In this document: one piece after another, positions 37,664-47,052 of the stretch
How the letters are laid out: every line of letters begins with the position of its first letter
Numbering within the stretch: the stretch's first letter is position 1
Source of the DNA: a virus
IMG/VR virus record: IMGVR_UViG_3300028027_000001
Length of the DNA: 64,000 bases
Direction: 5' to 3' (one strand)
Position numbers and translations under genes: made by a program
The notes under the pieces: model-generated
What the model was told of the DNA's origin: nothing
Seen by the model: only the letters and a program-made list of their open reading frames with translations
Database searches by the model: none

Positions 37664-38566
37664 CTAGTCAAAGCTGAAGAAATCATCGATAAATGCATTC
37701 AATTTGAGGTCCCAACCAATATCTGAGTATAAGGTTTGGAGTTTGTTTCGCATAATTGAATCAAATAGGCCCTCACGGTCAATATATTTGTTTATGATTT
37801 CAATAATTTCTGGGGGATCGTTATAGCCATTAAATCCAATTACATCTATTTTATACGGGTTTGGTTTAAGCTGTGCATAATACATTTTATCACCCAAGGA
37901 AAACTCAGGGTATTTTGCTGATTGTTTCTTAAATCGGATAAAGTCGTTATATAATGATGCTGCTCTTGTATTAACGGGGCATTTTTTCTTGAGGGTGGAA
38001 AATAATTCACCAGGCATTGGTGGGCGCTCAATATACTCCCCTAGTTTTTTAAGTCCGGTTGGTTTGAGTAGATGCTTCCAATCTATGGTGTTTAACGACG
38101 CTTTGAATTCGAGTACATCTTTGTCTATATCTTCTTTCGATTTACCAAACAATATATCCTTGATTACCTTCTCTCCAAAGTTACGGAATATAGGGGGAAA
38201 GTTTGATTTTATCAAATCTAACCCTTTAGTATCTAATTCTTCAACTTTTACACCTTCTTTATCTATAATGTACTGGGCGTATCTTCGTTTACCTGACCAG
38301 TATACTCTTTTTATTATGTATTCAGGTTTAAGGTCTAGGTAATGTTCCTTTGAGTTAAAGCATCTAGATGCTATGTTGTTTTGGAAATCATTTAATTTAT
38401 CACCTATTGATAGTTGGAGTTTCTTTACCTCTTCAATAATGATTTCATCTGGGGTATTATCATAGTCGGGAAGTCTGTGTCTCAGTATTGATTCTAATCC
38501 AATAATAAGGGAATCGGTGTCACTACCTCTAACATGGGTATTAATTTCTTCTACATTAAACTGCAT
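37664..38566 (-). CDS. Family B DNA polymerase, C-terminal part (palm motif C and thumb)
   Basis: GSDTDS, KRRYA, KGLD..KS. Confidence 0.9.
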   Translation of the reverse strand: MQFNVEEINTHVRGSDTDSLIIGLESILRHRLPDYDNTPDEIIIEEVKKLQLSIGDKLNDFQNNIASRCFNSKEHYLDLKPEYIIKRVYWSGKRRYAQYIIDKEGVKVEELDTKGLDLIKSNFPPIFRNFGEKVIKDILFGKSKEDIDKDVLEFKASLNTIDWKHLLKPTGLKKLGEYIERPPMPGELFSTLKKKCPVNTRAASLYNDFIRFKKQSAKYPEFSLGDKMYYAQLKPNPYKIDVIGFNGYNDPPEIIEIINKYIDREGLFDSIMRNKLQTLYSDIGWDLKLNAFIDDFFSFD

Positions 38567-39477
38567 GGGATTATTTTTTCTAGTATATAATTTATATCAT
38601 TAAATTGCATATATGATATTCTAATCAAATTTATTTTATTTAACTCACAATATTTATTCTTAACTTGATCTAAATATTTTGCTTTTTCAAATGACTTTTT
38701 CCCTCCAAAAAATTTAACAGGTTTATAATGCAATTCCCCATCAAATTCTATACATAAGTTCAAATGAGGGATATAAAAATCAAATCTCAAAACTGCATTA
38801 GTTTCAGGATTTCTACAATCATCAAATGTCTTTTGGGCAATATACGAAATATTTTTTGTTTTTAAAAATAATTCTATAGATTCCTCTCCTTTACTCCAAC
38901 TACACCTAGGACATCGTTGCCCTTGTAGGTGGTTTGAAAGTTGTTGATTAAACCATCCGTGTTGGGGGCATTTTATTTTAAATTTATTATCAAAATACCC
39001 AACATAAGAATCCCAATCGTATTCATATCCTAAATTTAAATCGTTAACTCTTGATTTTAAATCATCTAAAGGTATTGGTTTTCTATGGTTTTTACATTTA
39101 GGGCATCTCTGTTTCCCATGAACGTGATTTGTCCACAACATTTCAAACAGTCCATGTTCCTTGCATATTATAGAAACCTTATCCATTGTCTGAAAATCTG
39201 ATGTTATTAAAGAATAATCATACAGCCCATCATGGATGTGATTGGCTGTTCTAATTTTATCTTCATATGTGTGGTTTTTTCCAACACATTTTGGGCATTT
39301 AGATTTTTTTGCAATATGGTTGTCTAAAGATACTTCCCACACCCCGTGGATTGAGCATATTATTGGGTATTTTTCCATAACCCCCCTATATTCTTTTATT
39401 AGGGAATAATCATATTTATCCCCATGCACATTTTTTGATTTTTGAATAGCTTCTTCTAATGTTAATCGTTTTCCCAT
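38551..39477 (-). CDS. Putative homing endonuclease (repeated Zn modules plus Vsr-like domain) splitting polB
   Basis: Three I.C..HG.....NH.....CPKC repeats; SKGE...LRFDFY...IEFDGELHY...D..KN.YC...LIRI. Confidence 0.85.
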   Translation of the reverse strand: MGKRLTLEEAIQKSKNVHGDKYDYSLIKEYRGVMEKYPIICSIHGVWEVSLDNHIAKKSKCPKCVGKNHTYEDKIRTANHIHDGLYDYSLITSDFQTMDKVSIICKEHGLFEMLWTNHVHGKQRCPKCKNHRKPIPLDDLKSRVNDLNLGYEYDWDSYVGYFDNKFKIKCPQHGWFNQQLSNHLQGQRCPRCSWSKGEESIELFLKTKNISYIAQKTFDDCRNPETNAVLRFDFYIPHLNLCIEFDGELHYKPVKFFGGKKSFEKAKYLDQVKNKYCELNKINLIRISYMQFNDINYILEKIIPCSLM

Positions 39478-39518
39478 GTGTGGCGTTTTAATGTCTTGTA
39501 CGGTTATACATATTAACA

Positions 39519-41366
39519 TTATTTGTTAAGATATTCACTTTCAATTAATTTATTAGCATAACGAATAGTTTCTTGTATACTTCTTTGTCCGAATGTGGTA
39601 ATAGCGGATGAACACATTTTGTATCCGTCTGTGTATCGCCATGAATTAATTGCGAAACAACCATAAACACTGTTCAATAGGATTTTTATGGAATGTTGTT
39701 TTTGATTATATAATTTCCCTTTATCTACATCCCCCGAGTTATATGCATCTTTCATTATTTTTTTATATTCTTGTCTAAGCCTAAACCAATCGGATAATAA
39801 TTCAGAGACAATACTGGTTTTACTAGTATCAAACATAACACCATTAGCTGAAATTGTCCAGTTATTTTTTTCAATCAGTGCTAACAGGTCTTTTACTGTT
39901 ATTTTACCTTGCTTTAACTTATATGACCTTCTATCTAATTTTTCTACTGTTAATATTTTGTCTGGGTCTTCTTCTTTAAGTTCTTCAAAACTGCACCAAC
40001 AATTATAATTAGGGTTTGGTACTACGATTCTTCCCTTCATGGTTTCAACACCTAAATTTAATGATCTAATAATAGATGGGTATAGGGAAGCATAGTCGGC
40101 ATTAATTAACCAACTGTGAAGCCCAACCATTGGGGGGAGTAAATAACCACCAGCATATCCGTCTTTTCTTTTAACAGTTCGAAGATTTCTTTGTATAAAA
40201 GAACCTGATATTGTTTTAACTATAATATTGTTTCCTTCAATACTATGGATATGACCTTCGATTGTTGGAGTACCACGTTGATGAACTACCAAATCACCTA
40301 CTTCTATCTCACGTATGCTGGGATTAGTGGTGGTTGGTTTATTTGGGGAGATTATACCCTTTCTCTTTAAGTAAGTCAAAATGGCTCCTTCATTTAAAAT
40401 TGTATTATAATATATAGATTCATAAGGCGTATGACATAAATGTGAAATCAATATGGTTAACTCGATAAATTTCAGTTTATCCTCTAACGCTTCCAATATT
40501 TCAACATCTCGAATGTTGTAATCTATATATTTGTTTGGATCTTCTCTGAACAATGTGTCAAGATTACCATCATATTCAATTTTACCTAGTTTGGCATATT
40601 TGATGCCAATATCCCCCAGTTTATACGACGGTTCTTCCTTCATGATGTACTTCTTAAGCAACAACATAAAGTCCAAACAGTTAACTAAACCAATACGAAT
40701 TGGGGAATTGGGGTTATTTATGTTTTCATCGATTTTACCAATTGGAGATAAACGATATACTTCATCACCTAAACGTTTTTTAATACGATAATACAAATAG
40801 GGCATATCGAAGAAATCACTGTTGAAACCAACACAAATAGTCGGATCCATCTGTTCCCACTTGCTTAAGAATTTACGTAACAACGTGTTTTCATCTACAC
40901 ATGGGAGTATTGATTTACCGTCTGCTGATATTTCTTCAATTTGATTTTGTTTATCTAAAATGAAACATATCTTTTCCTTAGTAGTAGCATCAATTAAAGC
41001 AATAGCGGTTACTTCAGCATTTGCTTCCCTAATAGTGGTTGGATTTAGTGGCCCAATAATTTCAATCTCAATATCCAGGTATACTAGGTTGTGATATGAG
41101 GGCATGTCATCTGTTTCGTAGTATAAATCACGTAACAAAACCAGTTCCTTATCTATATCGCGCTCCAATATTTTAGGGTCTTTCCAATCATACTTTCCGT
41201 ATACTGGGGAGCACTTGTCACCAAATAAAGTGGTGTGTTCTCCATATTCATCTAGTCTATAGACTGTTGGTCTGTATTGGAATTTGGAAATGCCAGATTT
41301 GTCGTCACGTAAGAAATAATGATACGCGTCTTCTCCGTTACGTGAATAGTATACACTTTGAAACAT
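39519..41366 (-). CDS. Family B DNA polymerase, N-terminal part (exonuclease, motifs A and B)
   Basis: LDIE, GFNSDFFD, YNIRD, YAGGY, DYASLYPSII, KILLNSVYG, ITTFGQ. Confidence 0.93.
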   Translation of the reverse strand: MFQSVYYSRNGEDAYHYFLRDDKSGISKFQYRPTVYRLDEYGEHTTLFGDKCSPVYGKYDWKDPKILERDIDKELVLLRDLYYETDDMPSYHNLVYLDIEIEIIGPLNPTTIREANAEVTAIALIDATTKEKICFILDKQNQIEEISADGKSILPCVDENTLLRKFLSKWEQMDPTICVGFNSDFFDMPYLYYRIKKRLGDEVYRLSPIGKIDENINNPNSPIRIGLVNCLDFMLLLKKYIMKEEPSYKLGDIGIKYAKLGKIEYDGNLDTLFREDPNKYIDYNIRDVEILEALEDKLKFIELTILISHLCHTPYESIYYNTILNEGAILTYLKRKGIISPNKPTTTNPSIREIEVGDLVVHQRGTPTIEGHIHSIEGNNIIVKTISGSFIQRNLRTVKRKDGYAGGYLLPPMVGLHSWLINADYASLYPSIIRSLNLGVETMKGRIVVPNPNYNCWCSFEELKEEDPDKILTVEKLDRRSYKLKQGKITVKDLLALIEKNNWTISANGVMFDTSKTSIVSELLSDWFRLRQEYKKIMKDAYNSGDVDKGKLYNQKQHSIKILLNSVYGCFAINSWRYTDGYKMCSSAITTFGQRSIQETIRYANKLIESEYLNK

Positions 41367-41451
41367 AAACTTTATTTTTAATTATTGGAATATACAAAGA
41401 AAGCCTGGCGGAGCCAAGCTTTCAATAACACAGCAGTAAGAGTTTTACTGG

Positions 41452-41805
41452 TTAAAATAAATGGTCTGGGGAACCAAATGTTATTTGCATTTCCCCAATT
41501 TTTACATCCATTAATCCAGATTTTACTCCATCCTCAGGATATTCATTTACTAGGTCATCGATTGAAAATGAAGCGTGGATAGTGCCTTCTCCTCCAGTTG
41601 AAGTTGCAACTTCCTTAGAAGTTTGCTCAAATGGAAAAAAAGTACTGTAGTCTACTCCAAAATGTTTGCTTTTTAATTCCATTTTTTCTAAAAATTCATC
41701 TTTATTTGAATTTAGGTAATTAGCTACATTTCCAATCCTTTCAGCATATTGAGCTTCAGTAATGATACCAGCTAACATTTGCATTCTTAATGATTCTTTA
41801 TTCAT
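41452..41805 (-). CDS. Hypothetical protein with LRMQMLAGIITE leader
   Basis: N-terminus shared with 37310. Confidence 0.7.
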   Translation of the reverse strand: MNKESLRMQMLAGIITEAQYAERIGNVANYLNSNKDEFLEKMELKSKHFGVDYSTFFPFEQTSKEVATSTGGEGTIHASFSIDDLVNEYPEDGVKSGLMDVKIGEMQITFGSPDHLF

Positions 41806-41832
41806 ATTTATTTACTTTTATGTATAAATATA

Positions 41833-42066
41833 TTATTTTTTAGCAGTTGTTGTTTTTGCTTTAGGTGCTTCAACGGTTTCCTCAACTGTTTCAACTACTG
41901 CCTCTACTTTAGCTGGTTTTTCTGCTTTTTCGATTGTAGTTTTAACGTTTGCTAATACTGTTTCTAATTCATCAATTAATGCAATGAATTCGTTGTATCT
42001 TACGTTTGGTTGAGACCATTCAGTTGTATGTCTCAAATCTGCTAAAATTTGTTGTGCTGTTCTCAT
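41833..42066 (-). CDS. Hypothetical protein with low-complexity C-terminus
   Basis: ORF packing. Confidence 0.65.
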   Translation of the reverse strand: MRTAQQILADLRHTTEWSQPNVRYNEFIALIDELETVLANVKTTIEKAEKPAKVEAVVETVEETVEAPKAKTTTAKK

Positions 42067-42624
42067 TTATTTTGTTTTTGAATTAAATTTACTAAGTTCG
42101 TCTTGCGTGAAGAATTGCGTTAAATTTGGCGAGAAATATTTTACGTTTTTCATTACCTTCATATCATCTCGGTAAACCACATAACCTTCACCAACTTTTT
42201 TATAACGGCATGGTCGACCTTGTTGTTCTGAGCGTATTTTAGCAGTTTCAAGAGCATCTTCTTCCGTCATACATATTTTGGATAAATTAGAGGCTTGGAC
42301 TTCAGCATATCCTGCTTCAAATTTGTCCTTTAAACCGAATACTAACGCACCATTTCCAGTACATACATATGTTATATCCAACAACGCGTCAAAAACACCT
42401 ACAATGTCATTAGCAGCAACCGCTTCTTTCAATTCGTCCAGTTCTTCCTGGATAAAATTAATTACGAAGTCAGCATCTGCTGCCTCGATGGTTGGTTCAG
42501 TTCGGTTTTGGTATGACTTACCCATCATGATGTTAAATTCTTCTACTTCACTGATGAATGGAATGTATTTTGATTTGAATAGGTTAGTACTCAAATCTGC
42601 TAGTTTTTTGTATATAGTTTTCAT
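42067..42624 (-). CDS. MazG-like (PRA-PH type) NTP pyrophosphohydrolase
   Basis: V.EFN, IQEELDEL.EA, DALLDITYV..G, EV..SNLSK, KV.K. Confidence 0.85.
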   Translation of the reverse strand: MKTIYKKLADLSTNLFKSKYIPFISEVEEFNIMMGKSYQNRTEPTIEAADADFVINFIQEELDELKEAVAANDIVGVFDALLDITYVCTGNGALVFGLKDKFEAGYAEVQASNLSKICMTEEDALETAKIRSEQQGRPCRYKKVGEGYVVYRDDMKVMKNVKYFSPNLTQFFTQDELSKFNSKTK

Positions 42625-42626
42625 AA

Positions 42627-43337
42627 TTATTTAAATTTGATCATTTCAATTACTTCTTGTTTTGCTGTTTTTTCATGATTAGCAAACACCCCAGATACTT
42701 CAGATGTAACCATAGATGCACCTTGATGTTTCACCCCTCTACAACTTACACAAGAGTGAGCAGAATCAATCATTACCATCACACCAATATTACCTACACA
42801 AATTTTAGAGATGGCATTATGTATAGCTACAGTTAATTGTTCTTGGATGGCTCCACGACGGCCAAAATGTTCTACAATGCGATTAAGTTTAGACAAACCT
42901 ACAACGTGTCCGTCTTTCCCAGGAATATATGCTATATGTACGTTTCCTCGAATGGTTTGGTGGTGGTGGGAACACTGGCTGGTTAAGGGGATGTTTTTTT
43001 CTAATACGATTCCATTATATCCGTCGGATGGGAACGAAGTAACGTCTGACATTAATTCGTATCGGCCTTTCCATAAGTCATTTACATAAGCTTTAGCTAC
43101 ACGACGTGGGGTATTGTCTGAATTTGGGTCGTCTTGCCACTTACACCCAAGGGCTGTTAAAAACTCCCCATATTTTAATGCCGCGGCATCAATAATTTGG
43201 GATTTTTCTTCATCATTTAATGAACGGTGTTCACCTTTAGCGATTAATTCAGCTAAATAAGTGGAAATACCATTAGCATGTCCTGCTGTTGCAATTTCGA
43301 GTTCCTCTACTTTTACTTTCTTTTCGTTTCTACTCAT
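42627..43337 (-). CDS. folE: GTP cyclohydrolase I
   Basis: TPRRVAK, SQCSHH, GLSKLNRIV, IQEQLT, HSCVSCRGV. Confidence 0.97.
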   Translation of the reverse strand: MSRNEKKVKVEELEIATAGHANGISTYLAELIAKGEHRSLNDEEKSQIIDAAALKYGEFLTALGCKWQDDPNSDNTPRRVAKAYVNDLWKGRYELMSDVTSFPSDGYNGIVLEKNIPLTSQCSHHHQTIRGNVHIAYIPGKDGHVVGLSKLNRIVEHFGRRGAIQEQLTVAIHNAISKICVGNIGVMVMIDSAHSCVSCRGVKHQGASMVTSEVSGVFANHEKTAKQEVIEMIKFK

Positions 43338-43389
43338 ATGTGTTTTTGTTTTTTATGTGAATATACAAATTTGGATTGTTATATCCAAA

Positions 43390-43893
43390 TTAAATTTTAT
43401 AAATTGCGTCTAAATTTCGACAATAACCACCATTATTGTCCATACCATAACCATACACCCATTCTTTATTTACTTCAATCCCATAAATAAATGGACAAGT
43501 TGGTCGTTTACAACGATATCTTTTAAGTAAAGTAACGGCCGTTAACGACGCAGGGTTATGCGATTTTAAGTGAGAATGAACCGCGTTCATAGTATTACCC
43601 GAGTCAAAGAAGTCATCAACTATATACACATGTTTCCCAGTTAAATCTAACTCGATATCCTTGATTATTTGTAGCTCGGATTGTTCCTGCCCACTATATG
43701 ACTTTACTCGCATAAAATCACATTGGATATTTAAGTCGATTTCGCGTACTAGGTCAGCGAAAAACATAAATCCACCATTTAACAGGCCTACCATCACCAC
43801 ATTGTTTAAATCAGGTTGGTGTTTTTTGGTGATAGCATTTCCCATTCTGCGAACGTGGTTTCTTATTACGGTTTTGGATATTATTTGTGACAT
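43390..43893 (-). CDS. Purine phosphoribosyltransferase (HPRT-like)
   Basis: LLNGGFMFFADL, KSY, PRPP loop VYIVDDFFDSGNT, WVYGYGMD...RNL. Confidence 0.9.
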   Translation of the reverse strand: MSQIISKTVIRNHVRRMGNAITKKHQPDLNNVVMVGLLNGGFMFFADLVREIDLNIQCDFMRVKSYSGQEQSELQIIKDIELDLTGKHVYIVDDFFDSGNTMNAVHSHLKSHNPASLTAVTLLKRYRCKRPTCPFIYGIEVNKEWVYGYGMDNNGGYCRNLDAIYKI

Positions 43894-43914
43894 GGTTGTG
43901 TGTATTTAGTTAAA

Positions 43915-44751
43915 TCAAACATAGCGGTTTTTCCCAAACATGAGGATGTGCAAACGAGGACAAAATCTCCACCCACGCTTAAGTGCTTGTTCAGCTACCC
44001 ACCCTGTTCTTGAGTTTAATGTATTTACATCTACTCCCTCTGGCATTAAGCATATGTCTGATGGTTGGAAGTGTCTAAGTTGAGATAATATACTTTCAAT
44101 CTCCTCAATATCTTGCTCAGTAGCAACAACAAATTTCAATTGGAAGTCGCATTCTCTAAATCTTCGATCATTTATGTATCGTTGTATTACTGTAATATCA
44201 ATACGATCGCGCTCATGACGTTCAGCCCACTTTTGTTTATATTCAACACCGGAATTTTTCAAATTAGCTACCCATGGGGTTGATGATGCTAATTTAGGTG
44301 ACATAGACATTAAATCTGAATATCTTGAAATACGATCATCGTATATGGTGGCATTGGTTTCAATGGTAATATGGTAATGTAATTCATGTAATTGTTTACA
44401 TAACTCAGCTAATGCGTCTGTTTGCATAGTAGGTTCACCACCCGAAATAACAACATGGTTAATGTTTTGATCATCTGTATTTTCTAATACGATTTTAACG
44501 ATATCCTCAATTTCCATTTGGTTTTTTTCCGGGTTGTGGCTGGAATATGGGGTGTCGCATAGTGAGCCGTTTCCGTCTAGTCCAACCCATGCACATCTCA
44601 AATTACAAGCAGATGTACGAATGAACAGACATGCGGTTCCTGTTAACTTTCCTTCTCCTTGAAATGTGCCACTATATTGGAATCCAGTGGAGTCCTCATT
44701 TAGTTTGCCTTTGATTGGGAATATACCCCCATGTACTAAATTTAATTTCAT
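43915..44751 (-). CDS. queE: 7-carboxy-7-deazaguanine synthase (radical SAM)
   Basis: TFQGEG, FIRTSACNLRC...CDTPYS, ISGGEP, IETNA, SPKL, LKFVV, RLH. Confidence 0.93.
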   Translation of the reverse strand: MKLNLVHGGIFPIKGKLNEDSTGFQYSGTFQGEGKLTGTACLFIRTSACNLRCAWVGLDGNGSLCDTPYSSHNPEKNQMEIEDIVKIVLENTDDQNINHVVISGGEPTMQTDALAELCKQLHELHYHITIETNATIYDDRISRYSDLMSMSPKLASSTPWVANLKNSGVEYKQKWAERHERDRIDITVIQRYINDRRFRECDFQLKFVVATEQDIEEIESILSQLRHFQPSDICLMPEGVDVNTLNSRTGWVAEQALKRGWRFCPRLHILMFGKNRYV

Positions 44752-44805
44752 ATAACTTATTTTTGGTTAAAGATACAAATGGCTCCTTTTGGAGCCAAAT
44801 GTTTT

Positions 44806-45048
44806 TTAAGATAACATACTCCTCAATTGCCCCTCAGTTAATACACCTGATTTTTTATCAATTGCTCTACCATTTTCTAATACTACTACAGTAGGTACTG
44901 AGCGGATACCATATTCCGCCACGGTTTGTGGGTCTTGGTCTACGTCTATGAATTTTACTGGGTGGTATTGACTTATAGCATCAATAGTGGGTCTGAATGA
45001 TTTGCATGGGTTGCAAAATGTTCCGTAAAAGTAGATTAGTTGTTTCAT
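44806..45048 (-). CDS. Thioredoxin-like protein (start revised to 45048)
   Basis: FCNPCK, IDVD, IRSVPT. Confidence 0.85.
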   Translation of the reverse strand: MKQLIYFYGTFCNPCKSFRPTIDAISQYHPVKFIDVDQDPQTVAEYGIRSVPTVVVLENGRAIDKKSGVLTEGQLRSMLS

Positions 45049-45138
45049 TTGATTATGTATTTTACAATAAGTGGGTGATGAAATTCGGGATCCCATGAGG
45101 TGGTATACGTCCAAACTGGGTGGATGTTACCATATTGG

Positions 45139-45634
45139 CTAATTGTTTGGGTATCCATATGTATCTTCTTGATATATTGATGAGTTGTTGTCGTTTTCAA
45201 AACATTCCACTTTGATTACTTTACAACGCCCACCATCGGTTTTGGATAGGACATCATTGAATTTGTCGAATACAAGTTTAGCACATGATTCAGCACCCAT
45301 CTTGTCCATAACTCTCAACGCACATAAACCTTCCATGGCCATTGATTCGAAAAAATCTAAATATGGATCATCTTTCTCAATTAACATGGTGTGATCCCAC
45401 ATATAATTCATCCATGATTTTAGACCGTTACCCACAGGTGCATCTTTAAACCCTCCATAATCCACGATCCAGTTCATATCGTCCAATTGGTTTTCTTCAA
45501 TTGGTTCATTGGATGCAAACCATACTTTGAATTTCAAAGAGTAGCCATGAGTTAGTTGACAGTGACTGTGAGATGCCTTCCATTGTCTCAAGGCAACAGA
45601 ATAGTTGTCGAATTTTTTTAGTTGAAATGTACAT
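45139..45634 (-). CDS. queD: 6-carboxytetrahydropterin synthase; natural start separated by a 1-nt frameshift in an A7 run
   Basis: HSHCQLTHGY, WIVDYG, WDH, GAES.A, VECFE; upstream MYISTKK is out of frame with FDNYSVALRQ. Confidence 0.85.
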
Positions 45635-45635
45635 A

Positions 45636-46301
45636 TTATTTTGATTTAAAAATTATTTTGATTGAATCATATTTGAATGTTTCTTTAGGGTGGGTAACCG
45701 ACCAATTGGAACAATCCCAAAATATTTTGGAATATACGGAAATAGTATCACCAACAAAATATCCTGGTATAGGTCCCACTATTTTTTTACTCCAGAGCAT
45801 GCCTGATTCTGGTTTATATTCGTCTGCGGGTTGATACATATTACCTTCAAAGTATTTTTTTAAATAAATTCCATATTCGCTAACCATGGGAACCAGGGTA
45901 TTTTTGAATTGATCTAAGCGAAGAAAAGTATCTTTTACTGCTATTGGTTTGCCTGTTGGGAATTTATAACTACCGAAGGGTTGGTATAGTGGTAATATTA
46001 TTCCTAAATCTTCTCCAAGTATCCCCAAACACCAGTATGAACTGCAATCAAATGTGGCTTCAATTACAGTTACACCGTTGTATTTGTAGTGGTCGATAAG
46101 ATCGGAAGCCTCTACATACATGTTTATTCGATTTGAATTTGAATTGGAATCAATGGGTACCAAATAGTACCCGTTGATATCCCTTTCATAATTCATTGTT
46201 AATTTGGACTGTTTCCCATTTAAAAATGGGTATGGGTCGACTTCTACTTTTTTACAACCCACAGTAGCTAAAATTGCTACTAAATATAACCACGTTTTCA
46301 T
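45636..46301 (-). CDS. Putative lipoprotein
   Basis: MKTWLYLVAILATVG-C-KKVEVD lipobox with charged residues after the Cys. Confidence 0.65.
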   Translation of the reverse strand: MKTWLYLVAILATVGCKKVEVDPYPFLNGKQSKLTMNYERDINGYYLVPIDSNSNSNRINMYVEASDLIDHYKYNGVTVIEATFDCSSYWCLGILGEDLGIILPLYQPFGSYKFPTGKPIAVKDTFLRLDQFKNTLVPMVSEYGIYLKKYFEGNMYQPADEYKPESGMLWSKKIVGPIPGYFVGDTISVYSKIFWDCSNWSVTHPKETFKYDSIKIIFKSK

Positions 46302-46348
46302 ATAACCTTTATTTTTAATCATGTTGGAATATACGAATTAGCATTTGA

Positions 46349-46504
46349 TTAAACAAGTTCTTCTGCAATTCCTATTATTTCAGATACTACCAAAGCAGAT
46401 ACTGCTAAAGGAATGTTTACTAATAAAAGCAAATATCCTACAATGCGTACTCCGGATTTTACGAAGCTAACTAGTTGATGTAATTTTGGATCTGGTTGTT
46501 TCAT
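46349..46504 (-). CDS. Small membrane protein (51 aa, not in ORF track)
   Basis: MKQPDPKLHQLVSFVKSGVRIVGYLLLLVNIPLAVSALVVSEIIGIAEELV. Confidence 0.65.
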   Translation of the reverse strand: MKQPDPKLHQLVSFVKSGVRIVGYLLLLVNIPLAVSALVVSEIIGIAEELV

Positions 46505-46507
46505 TGT

Positions 46508-47050
46508 TTATATGCGATTTAAGATTATACTATGCATGTCTCCCAAGTCTGGGTGATGCCACGATATTATGGATTTTCTGGAATATCCTGGTATTTTGTT
46601 TGTTTTGGTTAGTTGGGAGTATATTGGGAAATATCCACTTGAATCTGTACACGATATAGATAGATATTGTGGGTGTTTAGAAGTGGATGCATCTTGTATT
46701 ATTTTATGTATAGTTGAATATATTTTAATTAAATTTTCCCTACCACCTTTGGGTTCGGTTAATGGGATGTCTCCTTTAGGAGTAAAACCAATATCTAATA
46801 TACCACCAACAAATAATGTTTTGGATTTATCACCAGGAAATATAAATCGAATGGGTAATTCGTTTAATACAAATGAATACATAGTGTCACCTGTAGTGAA
46901 ATAACCACCGTCTCCTTCATACGTTACCTCAAATGCGTTCTCTGGGTTGAGTGATATTTCTTTTACTACTTGTTTACTTTCAACTAAATAGTGATTTGGT
47001 ATGCGGTTTGAAGGTAAAACGGATTGAAGGAGATCGGTAAGTTTAATCAT
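46508..47050 (-). CDS. Hypothetical protein, paralog family with 21576 and 26969
   Basis: MIKLTDLL leader; LIKIYSTIHKII...PQYLSIS...IY. Confidence 0.7.
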   Translation of the reverse strand: MIKLTDLLQSVLPSNRIPNHYLVESKQVVKEISLNPENAFEVTYEGDGGYFTTGDTMYSFVLNELPIRFIFPGDKSKTLFVGGILDIGFTPKGDIPLTEPKGGRENLIKIYSTIHKIIQDASTSKHPQYLSISCTDSSGYFPIYSQLTKTNKIPGYSRKSIISWHHPDLGDMHSIILNRI

Positions 47051-47052
47051 GG

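Noticed and set aside
38551-39519. Group I intron interrupting polB (and likewise the glycosyltransferase)
   Set aside because: The inserts are almost fully protein-coding with only ~40-60 nt free, and I see no P7-type core. The downstream parts have their own start codons.
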